Origin: the human T2T-CHM13v2.0 reference genome, Homo sapiens
NCBI RefSeq assembly: GCF_009914755.1
Contig: NC_060937.1
Reading direction: 5' to 3' (one strand)
Length of the DNA: 64,000 nt
This document shows positions 16,288 through 29,599 of the stretch, piece after piece. A program made the position numbers and the translations under genes. Every line of letters starts with the position of its first letter. The stretch's first letter is position 1. The notes beneath the pieces were generated by a model that saw only the letters and a list, made by a program, of their open reading frames with translations, did not search any database and had not been told where the DNA came from.

Positions 16288-18904
16288 CAAACAATAGTCA
16301 TGATTCTTCTGAATTGGTCTCAATAAACATGTTTGCACACACTCTTGTGACGAAAGCCCAATTTTTGTCTGAAAATGATAATTAAGTACTTCATCATTTA
16401 ACTTTTGCCATGTTTAAATATTATCTCTCATCTACATAAGACCATTGAAAGTCTTATATTTCCTGTATTTATTAAAGATGCCCAACATTTATTGGCTTCA
16501 TTGTCCTTCATAAGATGTTACAAACACATTTAAGCTCAGTATAAAGATACCTAGAAAGTAATTTTCCATCGACATATTTATTTACTTCCTATCCATCCAT
16601 CTAACTAGTTGCTACCTATCTACGTGTCCATCAGTTATAAACTTTCTCACATTTGCAAAGTGATGTTATTTCAGCCAAGGAGAAAATATTCAATCCTCAA
16701 GCTCATCACATGTACTCGAGGAGTCTGTCTTCAATCATATTGTACCTATGTCAAAGGCAATCTGCCCTAATGCTGACTGGCAGCCTAATGTGGGTAGTGT
16801 GGTACTCCACGTTCATTAATTCCCTTGTGGAGCTGGGATTGTCTTAATATCTATGGCTCCAAACACCAAGAAGCTTGAAATAACTATGCCATTTGCATAA
16901 TATAAAAATTCAATAAAAAGTCCGAATAAACATACTGTGAAATATTACTAAGTGTCTTCTATTAAAAGAATCATACTTAACTCATTTGAGTTTAGGGAGA
17001 AATGCTAATATAATGACACTATTTTCCTTGCTCTGGTTTTGCTGATCCTCAAGTTTATTTTTTTCCAGCAGACAAATGCCAAGTATGAGGCCAATAGGAG
17101 AAATTATTTTTTAAGTAGATGTTTATTTCCAAGAATTTATAATAAGATGATCAGTTTTATTTTTTAAAGCCAAAGAGCTCAGTGATAGATAGTTACAGCT
17201 CACCCCTAACTTATCAAATATAGACAGGCAGATTCACTCTCTACACATGGTTATTTGCTTTCTCTATTTTATAGGCAGTGCCACTCTCTTTAAAATTGAG
17301 TCTATAAATAATATATAAGTGCGAATCTATCAGGTGGTGCTTGTTTACTTGTATAATACTAATAATTCAAGATTTATGTCTTGTGTTTTAACTGGATCTG
17401 ATTAAGTCATAAGCCTACTGAATATAATTCTTCAATTCTATACATCTGTGCTGGAAAAAAATTAAATCTATAGGAACTAAACAGATTTACTTGTTGAACT
17501 AAAATGCCAAAGCATAAATGTAAAAGTGGTTTCAGAGAATGACAGGCGTAATTCCCAATCTTAGCAAGACCAACGATCAACTGTGTAACATCAGTCAGGT
17601 TTCTCGGATCCCAATTTCCTTGTCTCTGAAACTGAAATATCATTCATATCTAACTCACGGGATAGAGCTAAATATTAAATTTGATAATATTTTAATATAA
17701 AATTGAGAGGAATTTTTCATATGTCCTGGGATTGGCTATTCCTCCTCAAAGCTCACATAGATAAGGCACTAAAAGTCCTGATTTCTTTAACAAATCCACC
17801 AAGGCTGAGAAAAGAGCAGTACAGATTCTACCACTACCAGCAGCCATCCAACCCAACTTCATTGGCTATGTCAGAAGACACTGAAGAGGAGAAATGAGTC
17901 ATCTTCTGCATTGTAAAAAGTGTAGTGTTTTAGATGAGGAGCTTTATTCAACCCTTCCTCTGGGGGAGAAAGGGAGGGTAAAACCCACCAAGTCACTTTG
18001 GAGAGGACTTCAAGAAAATCACTCATAGGGACAAGGCTTTCAACAAAAATGAGAGCTCTTAGGCTGATGTGCGCTGAGTGGAAAATCTGCTGCCTCCTTC
18101 TGGTGCTGTAATTACTATGGACCTTAGGAAAGTGTGATAATGTCCCTTCAAGTTTGGAGGATGTAATAATTGTAGACACTGGTTTCTGCTTAATATCTGG
18201 ATTTAAAGACGTTGTCAGGCTATGAAGTGAAAAGCGACTGTGGTATGTCATATGTGGAAAAAAAATCAGGTCCACCTCTGGACCCGATTCAGTACTTTCC
18301 AATTCAGTACTTTGAAAAAGCATAAAAAGAGAGCACCATGGTTTCTCTTTCTCTACCCCAAACCACACAAAGGTCAGAGGAAGAGGAAGGACTTGTGGGG
18401 CTGCTCAGAGGGATCCTAGTTCAGACAAATCTTTAGTTGGGGCATGGGTTGGTGGCTTAGTCTTCTGGCAGGACGAAAAGGAAGATCAGTTAATTGTCTT
18501 TTCTGAATACTTCTGCAAATGTGGGGTGGGGATGGTAAGTGAATACCACCCAACAAACAATGGACCACATCAGCAGAACTCATTGGAAGAAATGAGAAGC
18601 CTTGGTATAAAACCAGAGGATTTAGCAACAAATATTCAAAACTTTTACCTGATAAGCAGTAATGCACTGCAAAATTTTAAATGATAAAGGCAGGAAATTG
18701 AGAGAAAAAAAGCGCAGGACAACTAACACTGGGGTTAGTTTAACAACTTCCTGGTGGATACTCTCACACCAACTTCTATGACAACCATGTACCAAACAAA
18801 TCTTTCCTAAATGTGAATGTGTCACGTGTGTATGTCTGATTTGACTACTCAGAAAGCTAGAGATTACTAGTGCCTCAATTCTTAAGGAGAAATACATTCT
18901 ATTA

Positions 18905-19129
18905 TTCTATTATTATTGTTACTACTATTGCTATTTGATGCCTACTACAGACCAGGCATTTGGATAAGTGCTTTACGTATATTATACTATTTATTTTTTA
19001 TTATCCCCATTTTTTGAAGAAAATAAACACTTGGAGAAGATATGAAAGTTGTCTAAGATTGCACAGTTATTAAGTGTAGACACAAAAATCAAACTCTGTG
19101 ACTAAAAATCTATGCCCTTAACCACTATG
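18905..19129 (-). mobile_element. MIR
   Basis: AAGTGCTTTACGTATATT..ATTATCCCCATTTT..CTTAACCACTATG MIR pattern. Confidence 0.6.
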
Positions 19130-20267
19130 TGTCCTAATTTCCAACTTTTCTCCTTAGTGCTCCAAAATAAATGTTTCTCAGTATCAGGGTAGCTTTATTA
19201 TGTGACGGCCTTCTCATCTTTCTTCATGCTCTTTGCTCTACCTGAAATGTCCTTCCTATTTCTTTATTTCTATACAAATCTCCACCAATATTCAGAGCTC
19301 ATCTTAAGATCTATTGGTCTTTTAAGAGTACATACAAGCACAAAAATTGTATGTAGAGGGTGGGGTGGTGTCTACGCACATATAAATATATTTGAAAAAA
19401 TATATATGACTGGCTCTACAAAAGTAAAACATTTTCAATTGTTTACTTTCACATTGAATTGCATTTTCCACCATCTTAATTTCTTTTTCTGCTATCTTCT
19501 TCTACATAATTTTGAAATTTCCGACAATCCCTGATATTCACTAACACCTTTCTGATTGATTGATCTGAGGGATGCATTCTTCCATTTGCAGATTTCTTTT
19601 GTAGATTCCCCACTATTCAGACTATTCAGAAAATGTTATAGACAATGTTATAATTTATGGAAAAGGAGATCATCCTGTAACAAGAAACCAAATAGATTTT
19701 TAACTACTTAATTAAGACAATCTATAAATAAAACAAAACACAATGCCAAGATAACCTTTGTAGTTAAGTTTCTAACAATTACTTTTTCCCACTAGTGGCA
19801 GTGGTATAACACATAAGAAATAATTCCCTTGTTTAACTTTTTAAGTATTCTTTACTCCTGAATTGACTCAGTATCCAAGGTACCCAAATATGATTAAGTA
19901 TATTGTCAATCAATTTTCATTCTTAATCTGTCTTGATTTTTTCCCCATTCTTGAAATGAACCAAACAATTTATGGCGGAGCATTCAGGAGTTAAAATACC
20001 TGTGTTTGAAGTCCTGCTCCCTTCGTGTGCCAACATTGCCCAGCTGTGTGATATTTGGCCAATTTCTCCTCCACTTGTTTTCCTTATCTCAAAACCAAGA
20101 ATACTCCTGTCTAACTCATTTAAACTGTTAGGAGATTTACTAAAGTCACATGAATTTATTAAGCTGTTCAGTTCATGTGTAAGAGCTAACCCTTTATTGA
20201 ATCCAAAATGAGAAAATGCCCCTAGTTCTCAGACATTTTCATCAATTTACTCATTAAATGTATTCTT

Positions 20268-20440
20268 TAGTTGTTATTGTCTTTGAGACAGGGTCTCATT
20301 CCGTTGGTCAGGCTGGATTGTAGTAGTACAATCATGGCTTGCTGCAGCCTTGACTTCCCCAGGCTCAGGTGATCCTCCCACCTCAGCCTCTCAAGTAGCT
20401 GGGACTACAGGCACATGCCACCACGCCTGGCTAATTTTTG

Positions 20441-20477
<37 letters not shown>

Positions 20478-20510
20478 TAGAGATGTAGTCTCACCATGTT
20501 GCTCAGGCTG
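20268..20510 (-). mobile_element. 5'-truncated AluJ with expanded central poly(T)
   Basis: GAGACAGGGTCTC and GGCTCAGGTGATCCTCCCACCTCAG J diagnostics. TSD-like TTAAATGTATTCTT / TTAAATATATTCTT flanks. Confidence 0.85.
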
Positions 20511-20699
20511 TTTAAATATATTCTTGTTGGTAACCACTAACTTTATCCTTTCATTCCTTAAGCCTTACATCATAGGACATTGGAATCACACAATAGAAAT
20601 GTAGCCCAACTAACACTTTTCAGTGGTCACAAGGTGCAAAGCACTGTACATATGGATAATCTCATTTAATCTTCACAATAATCCTATGAAAGAAGAAAT

Positions 20700-21143
20700 G
20701 ACAGAGGCTAATAGTAAACCACAAAAATTTATATCCCCTTCTTTCCAATCAAATGTCCTCTCAGCTAGACGATATTTCCTAGACTCTCTTGCAGTTAGAT
20801 ACTGCCATGTGATGAAGTTCTTGCAAAGGGACTTTGAGCAGAAGTAATGTATACAACCTCAGACTTGGGTCTGAGCAACATTCACAATGTATTTTCCTTT
20901 TATTCTTACAGGAATTCAGACACTGAAGCTACCCAACTTCTACCATGCCTATAACATGATCACCCTAGGAAGTGGCAGAGTAACCCGAGGGAAGAAGCCT
21001 GGATACCTGAATGACTATATGAAACACAGTTGCCTTAATACCCTCGATCACTCACTACGGAACTCTATAATAAAGTATATTTTTAAGCCATTATATTTTG
21101 GTAGCTTTTTAATCTCAGTAACTTAGCCTACCCTAATAATACA
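20700..21143 (+). mobile_element. Old MLT1 (J/K-like) LTR nested in a MIR (20600-20700 and 21145-21260)
   Basis: CTTGCAGTTAGATACTGCCATGTGA..GAGCAGAAGT, ending TTAAGCCATT..CCTAATAATACA. MIR halves on both sides. Confidence 0.6.
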
Positions 21144-21725
21144 AGCAGTATTATCCCCTTTTACAGATGTAGAAACCAAGGCTCAGCGAGTTTATGGAAA
21201 TTACCTAAGGTTCCAAAGACAGCAATTGTTTGAGTTCAGATTGAAAACTTAGCTAAACTACACTATTTTCCTCTGGTAGCTCTATTCACTGAGAATGACT
21301 ACTCAATATTTGATTGTGTCAAGTCCTGCACATTTGGGAGGTAGAGGGTATGCTTGGTTTTTCTAAATGTTACGCCTCAACATTATATTTGAAGTTTAGA
21401 TATTTGAAAGAGGGAAAAGGAAATCTTCAAGCAGAGTATATAAAGTGAAATTTTAAGGTAGAAATGGTAATTATAATATAAAAATTAAAATTTACCAAGT
21501 GCCACTATGAATCAAGTATCTTACCCACATGTTATGAATATCCATTAATAGTATCAATTTTATGGTAAAAAAGAAAAACCTGAGTCTCAAAGAGGTTCCA
21601 CGCACCTCCACAGGTACAACTAGAGGCTGAGAAGAGTTTCAAATCCAAAACAACTTGGTTCCAAAGCTTATGATTTTTCTACCATACAATGGTGCCTCTC
21701 AAGGTACAGGAAGATCTATGCAGTT

Positions 21726-21727
<2 letters not shown>

Positions 21728-21761
<34 letters not shown>
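21728..21761. repeat. (GT)17 microsatellite
   Basis: Perfect dinucleotide array read directly. Confidence 0.95.
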
Positions 21762-21764
<3 letters not shown>

Positions 21765-22854
21765 ACTAATATGGATGTTACAAGAAGAATAATATGCTTT
21801 GAATCTAGATCCAAAGTTTACATTCATTTATCCTTACTTTACCTTTTGCTTTAAAGAATTCTCTCAGCACATGGACTGGTATGTATTATATCTTGAAAGC
21901 AGAAACTGTAAGAGAGATCTAATCCTACAACTGTATGTCTAATTTGTGAGGTTATATATGTTAACCCTTGTGCCAAATTACACAATAAAAAATTACAGAT
22001 TAAGAGTAAACAATAAAAATGCATTTTTTGCCAATTCTTGAGTAGCTAGAATGTATAAATTACACAGTATAGAAGTGGAACAAACCAAACATCAAAAAAC
22101 AGAATTCTAGATAAATATCTGCAATAATGTGTATGACTAGTACACAAATATTTATGTTTCTTTTTGACAGTCCAAGATGCATTCATGCAGCCCCCTTTTC
22201 TGGACTCTGGGGAATAGAAAGTAAACATGTCTACTTGAATGGATTGGGTTTACCCTACAGTTAACAAAAGGCAACAAAACTCAGACACAAAATTCATAGG
22301 CAACATCTGTAAAAGCAAAACAAAAACAGTGCAGCTCTTAATTACCCATACATGTAAGTCTGCCTTTCCTGTGCAGATTCTTAAGACAATTTTGCAAGGA
22401 GTTTAAGAGGACATGTCAGAATCATCCTTTCTGACTGTATTCTGGCTCTGGCATTCCCTCACTAGAGGATCACAGGCAAGTTATTTAACTTTTCTCAACT
22501 TCTTCATTTGTATAATGAGGTTGTTTTGAAAATTCAATAAGAAGATATTGATACAGAACCTAGAACAGTACCTAGTAAACACTAAGTAAATATTAGTTAT
22601 TTTTCATACCACTTATTGTGCTCCAAGTAATCTTTCCTGGTATATGGCCTTTCTATTTCTTCTAAGTCAGCTTGGGCAGAGATAAAGTCTTAACAAAGAA
22701 ACATCTTATATTTAGATTTTCCTTTATTATTTAAATTAAGACGTTTAAATTACCCATTGTCACCTCCCATTTAAGCAAAGTTATGAGCTCTTTAAAAAGT
22801 GTACTTTTTCTCTCTTAAAGTAGTACTTCCATTATTCTGGAGGAGACATTTTGT

Positions 22855-23171
22855 TTTATTTTATTATTATTATACTTTAAGTTTTAGGGTACACGTGCAC
22901 AATGTGGAGGTTAGTTACATATGTATACATGTGCCATGCTGGTGTGCTGCACCCATTAACTCATCATTTAGCATTAGGTATATCTCCTAATGCTATCCCT
23001 CCCCCCTCCCCCCAGCCTACAACAGTCCCCAGAGTGTGATGCTCCCCTTCCTGTGTCCACGTGTTCTCATTGTTCAATTCCCACCTATGAGTGAGAACAT
23101 GCGGTGTTTGGTCACAATAGCAAAGACTTGGAACCAACCCAAATGTCCAAAAATGATAGACTGGATTAAGA
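22855..23171 (-). mobile_element. Short L1PA3-like 3' end with a 5' inversion
   Basis: L1 3'UTR on the minus strand to 23112, joined to a plus-strand ORF2-end piece CACAATAGCAAAGACTTGGAACC..GGATTAAGA (23113-23171). Confidence 0.88.
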
Positions 23172-23329
23172 TATTTTCTATTCTAGTCATAAATGACATC
23201 AGAAGAGACTTTGGAAGGAAGATACCATGGTATTGAAAAATTTCTTAGACCACGCTTTACACTCTGATTAAATTTGAAATGAGCCAGGGCTGCTCATTTA
23301 CAAGCAACAGTGAAAAATAAAATGCATTC

Positions 23330-23957
23330 TGTCAGTGTGGCAGTCAGACAATCTCTTGATGCTGAATTTATCAGACCTCTAGATCTAATTGTCAATAAAC
23401 AAGAAGTGCAGAGGACAGAGGAACACTCAAACTACACCAGGGAGATGCAATCTGCGAAATCCAGAGAGAGGAAGATGCTACAGGATACACAGCCTGATTT
23501 CTTCAACAAATTATAAGTCAAAGAATGAGATGGGTGAGGTATAGGTTAAAAGCTATTTAAGACACAAGTCTATCATTCAAAATGCATACACTTTATTTGA
23601 ATTCTAATTAAAATAAACATATTGCCAAAAATACGACATTATGAGAGAAATGCAAATTTGAATACTTTCTGGATATTTCACAGTATTAAGATGTTTTCAA
23701 AGATACGATAATGATAATGTGTTTATATTAAAACAAAGAATCCTTTTAATTTAGTGCTACAATATATATTAATTTATATGAATGTGAAATTTGTTTAAAC
23801 ATAGTAGGAATGAGGAGGAAAATAAGTGAGGTGTAGATAAAACAAGATTGGCCATGAGTTAATAATCGTTAAACGTGAATGACGAGTACATAAGGGCTCT
23901 TCATATAATTTTGTTTATTTTTGCATATGTTTAAAAGTTTCCATACTAAAAGTTTAA
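23330..23957 (+). mobile_element. L1MC4/5-like 3' end
   Basis: CTAGATCTAA..GGACAGAGGAACA..GATGCAATC..TTTCTTCAACAAAT, ending TTTCCATACTAAAAGTTTAA. Confidence 0.65.
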
Positions 23958-24716
23958 GAGTAAGGAATAACTTCTGATCTCAAAACAATGCAACAAATGA
24001 ATATGTAAAAAATATTATTTTAAATTTAGAGGATTGTCTAGTTTCATCAATTACAGTTTCAAAGCACAATTGAGGGTGGAAAATCTAAAACATTCTATGC
24101 TGATTTTTTTTAGGCTACAATTCTAGTGTGTCATATTTTTCTGATTTTCCTCCAATATTCCTGGGTGGCAATTTTGGAATAGTACTGGGAGAGAGAATTT
24201 TTCTATAGCTCTCTGGATGTTATTGATACATATTTAGCAATAGAAACTACCCATGTATAATATAGTTAGGTGTCCAAATGTACCAAAGCACTTTTTGTAT
24301 ATTACTTTTCTATTTTGTTTCAATAATATACTCAATGCATATGTTGAAAATGCACTCCGGAACAAAAAATGTTATTTCATAATTTTCAATAATTTTAAAT
24401 TGTCAATTACTAAAATTTTTGCTGGAGAAAAAGATTAGAAGTGAGATTTGATGGAACTCATCCAAACATGTTTTCTGTAAAAAAAATCAATCTTGTAGTA
24501 TAGTTTTAAATATCTGAGACTAAATTCATAGAAAGGAAAAGTTGAAGAATGCTATATCTTATTTAATTTATTGCTCAAAATGCAAAGTTTTATAGAAGGT
24601 TAAGAGTAAACACTGTCATTTTATGGAAAATTTTAACTTTGTTTCTAATCAATTAAAATTTGAGAAAAATTTGTCCTTATTATTCAGACACATATAAATC
24701 TTATTTTAAAAATAAT

Positions 24717-25229
24717 ATTAGCTAGTTTCTTATTGTTGCTCTAACAAATTACCACAAATCTAGTGGATTTAAACAACACATATGAATTATCTTACTTTTC
24801 AGGTCAGAAGTCTGAAATGGGTTTCACTGGGCTAAAATGCAGGCATCAGCGAGCCTGTGCTCTTTGCTGGGGCTCTGAGGGACAAGTTGATTTCCTGCCT
24901 TTTCCAGCTTATGTTGCTGCCTGTTTTCCTTGGCTTGTGGCCCCCTTACATTTTCAAAGCCAACAATGGCCAAATGAATCTTCCTCACATTGCATCACTT
25001 TGACACTAACTCTGTTACCTCTCTCTCCAATGTTTATGGCTTTTACAATTACATTGAATCCACAAGATAGTACAGGATAATCTTCCTATTTTAAAATCAG
25101 CTGATTAGTAGGCTTAAATTTATTATACCTCAATTCCTCTTTGCCACATAACCTAACTTATTCACAAGTTACAGGAATAAAGATGTGGACACAGACATCT
25201 TTGTGAGGGACATTATTCTGCCTATAACA
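24717..25229 (-). mobile_element. MLT1 (D/E-like) solo LTR
   Basis: TAACAAATTACCACAAA..GGTCAGAAGTCTGAAATGGGTTTCACTGGGCTAAAA..ATTATTCTGCCTATAACA. Confidence 0.75.
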
Positions 25230-26964
25230 TAGCCCAACTGAACTATAATTAGGAAGGCTTTGTTTCATAAATACTTATTTTTCACATATTTTTACATTTC
25301 TATTTTACTGGTAGGAAAATATGGCTGCTTGGAATTAGTAGTGATGCTTAGTTCTTTCAAGTGACTCAAATAAAAGAGCTATAGAAGCCACTTTGAATGC
25401 ATATTCAAACCCTGAAGAAATGTTTACTGATGTATTCAAGTGACACCTATAGTTTCAAAACATTGAACAAAGTACAGTGGACTGAGGAATACCCTTACCT
25501 CAGCAGCATTTGTTTATGACTTAGGCATAATGTATGATGCAGTTTCTGGGTTGTGTGATTTACCCAAACATCTGAAAGAAAGACATAACTTTGCCAGAAG
25601 CCTACTCTGAGGTGTCAAAGCAGATTCAGGTCTTTGCATCAATGGCTGACAATCTTGGATCTTTTGCGGAAGAGGCTGTCAGAGCTTTTCAGAACCTGCT
25701 CTTTTAACAAAATTCACAACACAAAATAAAATGTCTTAAAAGAAGCCATGGAGAAATTCCCATTAGTCCTCAAGATAAAATGACCAAAATTATACATAAC
25801 AGAATCCTTTAAGAATATTATTTTTTCTAAGATAAATGTATGCAAAGTCATAAACTATATCAGAGATTAACATGTCTTCCGAAAACCATTTTGATACTGA
25901 AACCAAGAAGGGTACAGTTGCACTCCAGCCCACTTTCTTATTTGGATAATCACAGTACCCTACAGCATTTGGATTTTTAGATGTAAGTCATAATGATTGC
26001 TTTCTGAAAGACACTTCTTACATGAACTTAATGATGAGCCCCTAAAGTACTTGCATTTCAATGGTAGCCTCTGCAGATCATTTGGTGAAGTATAATATAG
26101 AAACACATTATGTTTAGCTAAACTCATATTAAACATTCAATATATGAGTAAGACACAAAGTAGCCTAATGGATTTTAAACTAAATTTAGAAGCCTAATTT
26201 AACATCAGAAGTCCTCTTCATAGTAAAGTCTAAATCATCTGTCGGAGTGTTCCAAGGTCCGTTTATTTTTTCTGTTTTTTTTTTTTTTGAGAAATCTATT
26301 TCATACTAAGAAAACGCACTTCTTTGCGTATAGCCATGCTAGCTATTGATTAAAGATAATTTAAGAAAAATGTCATTCAATGTAATGGATACATTCGAAC
26401 TAATTCAACCTTTTGCCTCCCTAGTTCTTTGAATGGTACCACAATTCTTTCAGTTTCTGAGGTGCAAAAACATCACCTGTCTCCCATTTTCCCATCTCAT
26501 CTTCCCATCTAATCTCCAGATGTAACAATAATAAAAATAATGATGATCACTGTCATCTATATTCAATACATAAAGTTATACATCCTCTTCAGGGCTTACA
26601 ATATTTCAAAATGAATATGAAATATTTCAGTAAGCAACTTGGCCAAGGCCATATACCTGGTATGTATTGTACTTAAAATTCAAATGCATGAGGTCTGTTT
26701 TGTTCAAAGTATAAGCCAGTTCCATGCCTCTACTCCACCAAGTCATATTAGTCATTTTTCTGAAGCTGCCTGTATTGGTTCCTTCCTTTCCAGTCTTGTT
26801 ACTTCATGCCCTTGTCCAGGCCTTCATCACCTCTTATTTAGACTCCTGAAATTGCTTCTCAACTAGTTTCTACATTTCCAATATTTCATTCCTTAAAAGT
26901 AAAATTAAACAACTTTGATCATGTCCATTCCCTGCTCAAAGCCTCTAATGGTGCCACATAGCCT

Positions 26965-27222
26965 AGAGGTGGGTTTCCAACAGGCTGATCACAGACTTTC
27001 ATCAGATGGATCATGAAACCACACTGCCACATTCTTTGCCACTTCCTCCTCTTCAATGTTGTGATTCACACATTTGAAATGCACAGGGAGGGCTGCCATA
27101 CCAGTCACTTTCTTGCATTTCAAATGCCCCAGATTAAAGAGAATATGAATGACTAGGAGCTTTCAGCATGTCCCTCTTCACTGCCACATCCCATTCATTA
27201 GGGGGAGCTGGCTAGAAACCAC
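26965..27222. mobile_element. hAT-Charlie-type MITE (MER5/MER117-like)
   Basis: Degenerate terminal IRs GTGGGTTTCCA / TAGAAACCAC and an internal perfect 13-bp IR CATTTGAAATGCA / TGCATTTCAAATG. Confidence 0.45.
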
Positions 27223-29222
27223 ACAAATTGAAATACCAAAGCCTGCCTGCAAATTCCTAATTCTTCCCTTGATCCTTGTGGTTTTCTGACAGAATGTTCC
27301 TTTTATCAAAATATCTGTTACCTTCTCAATTTCTCTCCTGAACAAATACTCAAAATACCACTGCCCAATTTGAAATTCATGCTCACAAAATTCCAGAGAT
27401 GTCAGTCTCTTAGATGTAATGCAAACTCCCTACCCTGTATTCAAAGTTCTTCATAATTTGACCCATCTCCCATTTAGTCTTATTTCCACTACTTTTCAAC
27501 ATTCACGCTGACTCCAGCCATCTCTGGCTACTCTTTCATGATCCTACAATCATCCATATACATTCATACTATTATACATGCATTCAAAGCATTTCTCCTA
27601 CCTAGTTACCTGCATTGTTATTTATTTACCTGAATATCAAACAATTTTCTCCACTCAACTAACTGTATAGAATAGAGAACTAGGACTTCCAGGGAACAGT
27701 GAGTTATTGGCCCGAATAACCTCTTTAATCTAATGCTGAGAACATTGCTCAGAATGATCATCCCCTACTAAGAACTCCTTATCCATAAACTTGATGACAC
27801 AGTTTCAGCATTGCAGAGCTTGAAAAACTAGAGATAATTTCATCCAGTCCTCTCACTTTTCATTCAACTAACATATAAAATCCCTTACATTGGTATTTAT
27901 GTATGTTTCGTGTATTTTGTATGTTTGTGTGCTTTATTTCTTAAACTAGATCCCTTCCTTGAGGGAGGAAACATGTCTTATGTGTCTTTGTGCTTCCTAA
28001 TGGTAGATATTTATTTGATACATATTTACTGGATGACAAATTCAAGATGACTAAAGTGACTAAACTTTACCAGGATTTACGTAAAGTATAATCTCATTTA
28101 AGAGGGTACTGTGTTCAAAATTAAATGTGGAAACGGCCAAGGGGGAAAAAAGCACATAAAAATAAATTCCACATTTTCTCCAAAAAAAAAAAAAAAATTC
28201 TGGGCACAGGAAATATACTAGAGAAAATATATGAATAAAGGGTAAAAAAATCAAAAATTTCTCATTTGGCTAATTTTTTCTAATGACTTTCCGTAAGACC
28301 ACAGAATAACATACAAATAAAACAGTAAGATGGCTTCAGAAAAATTCCAAGTATAGTACAGGATCTGCAAACACAAATTTTTAAAAATGCAGTCTCTTTA
28401 TGACAGTTAAAATTTTAACAAAGCCACACACTAAAAATTCTACAAATAGTTATCTACAATTTTCACTAAATGGCTTATTTTAAACAAATAGTTGCTATTC
28501 TAAGGTGAATTAATTAGGAACTATATTTGTTGTCTTTGGATGTACAACTGCAGTCAAGTCATGAGTAAAGTTTATTAAAGCTTGATGATATTTTCAACAG
28601 TGCTTCAGGCTCTGTATTCAATCCAAATACACATATACCAAAAATATCTATCTCTATTTCAAGTTTTAAGTCTCAAAAGGGTATAATTGTGCTTTAATTA
28701 CTCAAAGTTTTGTTAAATAAACACTAAAGAGTTTGATTGCCAAATGTATTATCTTAGAAAGAAAAAGAGACTGATATTTTAAGACAGAGAGTTCCTAATA
28801 TTAAAAATCAACATATAACTATACGCCTACCATCACTGGATTTTTAAGTATGGTCTGTGGGGTAGGAGCTTCCCTTCCTGTAAGCCAGGCTGTGGGGAAT
28901 TCAGAAAAGTGAACTGTGCTTGGGACAGAGGGGCAAAGAAAAGAGTTGTCCAGCTCTCCTGAGGCCAGGGGAACAACTGCTATTGCAGCCACCAGATGAA
29001 TAGGCTGTGAGTTTTGGCTGGGTGATCTTTTGAGTCATTCCCACTTCCTCTATCTGAACAACAGTTAGACTCTCATGCTCAGTGTTTCCTTTTTGTTCAA
29101 ACATTCTACATGCCAAAAAACAAGGCCAGGTACACCAATATTGCTTGACCTGAGGAGTTTTAATAGAGTGACTCTATTACATAATATTCCAAAGACACTT
29201 TCAAAAGTTCTTTTTAAAAATC

Positions 29223-29599
29223 AAATGTGTCACATGTACACCATGGAATACTACGCAGCCATAAAAAAGGATGGGTTCATGTCCTTTGCAGGGACATGGA
29301 TGAAGCTGGAAACCATCATTCTCAGCAAACTAACACAGGAACAGAAAACAAACCACCACATGTTCTCACTGGTAAGTGGGAGTTGAACAATGATAACACA
29401 TGGACACAGGGAGGGGAACATCACGCACTGGGGCCTGTTGGGGCATGTGGGGGCTAGGCGAGGGAGAGCATTAGGAGAAATACCTAATTTAGATGACGGG
29501 TTGATGGGTGCAGCAAACCACCATGGCACGTGTATAGCTATGTAACAAACCTGCACGTTCTGCACATGTATCCCAGAACTTAAAGTATAATAATAAAAA
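29223..29599 (+). mobile_element. L1PA7-like 3' end fragment
   Basis: ORF2 C-terminal YTMEYYAAIKK..WMKLETIILSKL, 3'UTR GGTTGATGGGTGCAGCAAACCACCATGG and CTTAAAGTATAATAATAAAA tail. Confidence 0.88.

Noticed and set aside
17871-18368. 165-aa minus-strand ORF, the longest non-L1 ORF
   Set aside because: Non-ATG start, no recognisable domain and no convincing splice context. Compatible with chance in 64 kb.
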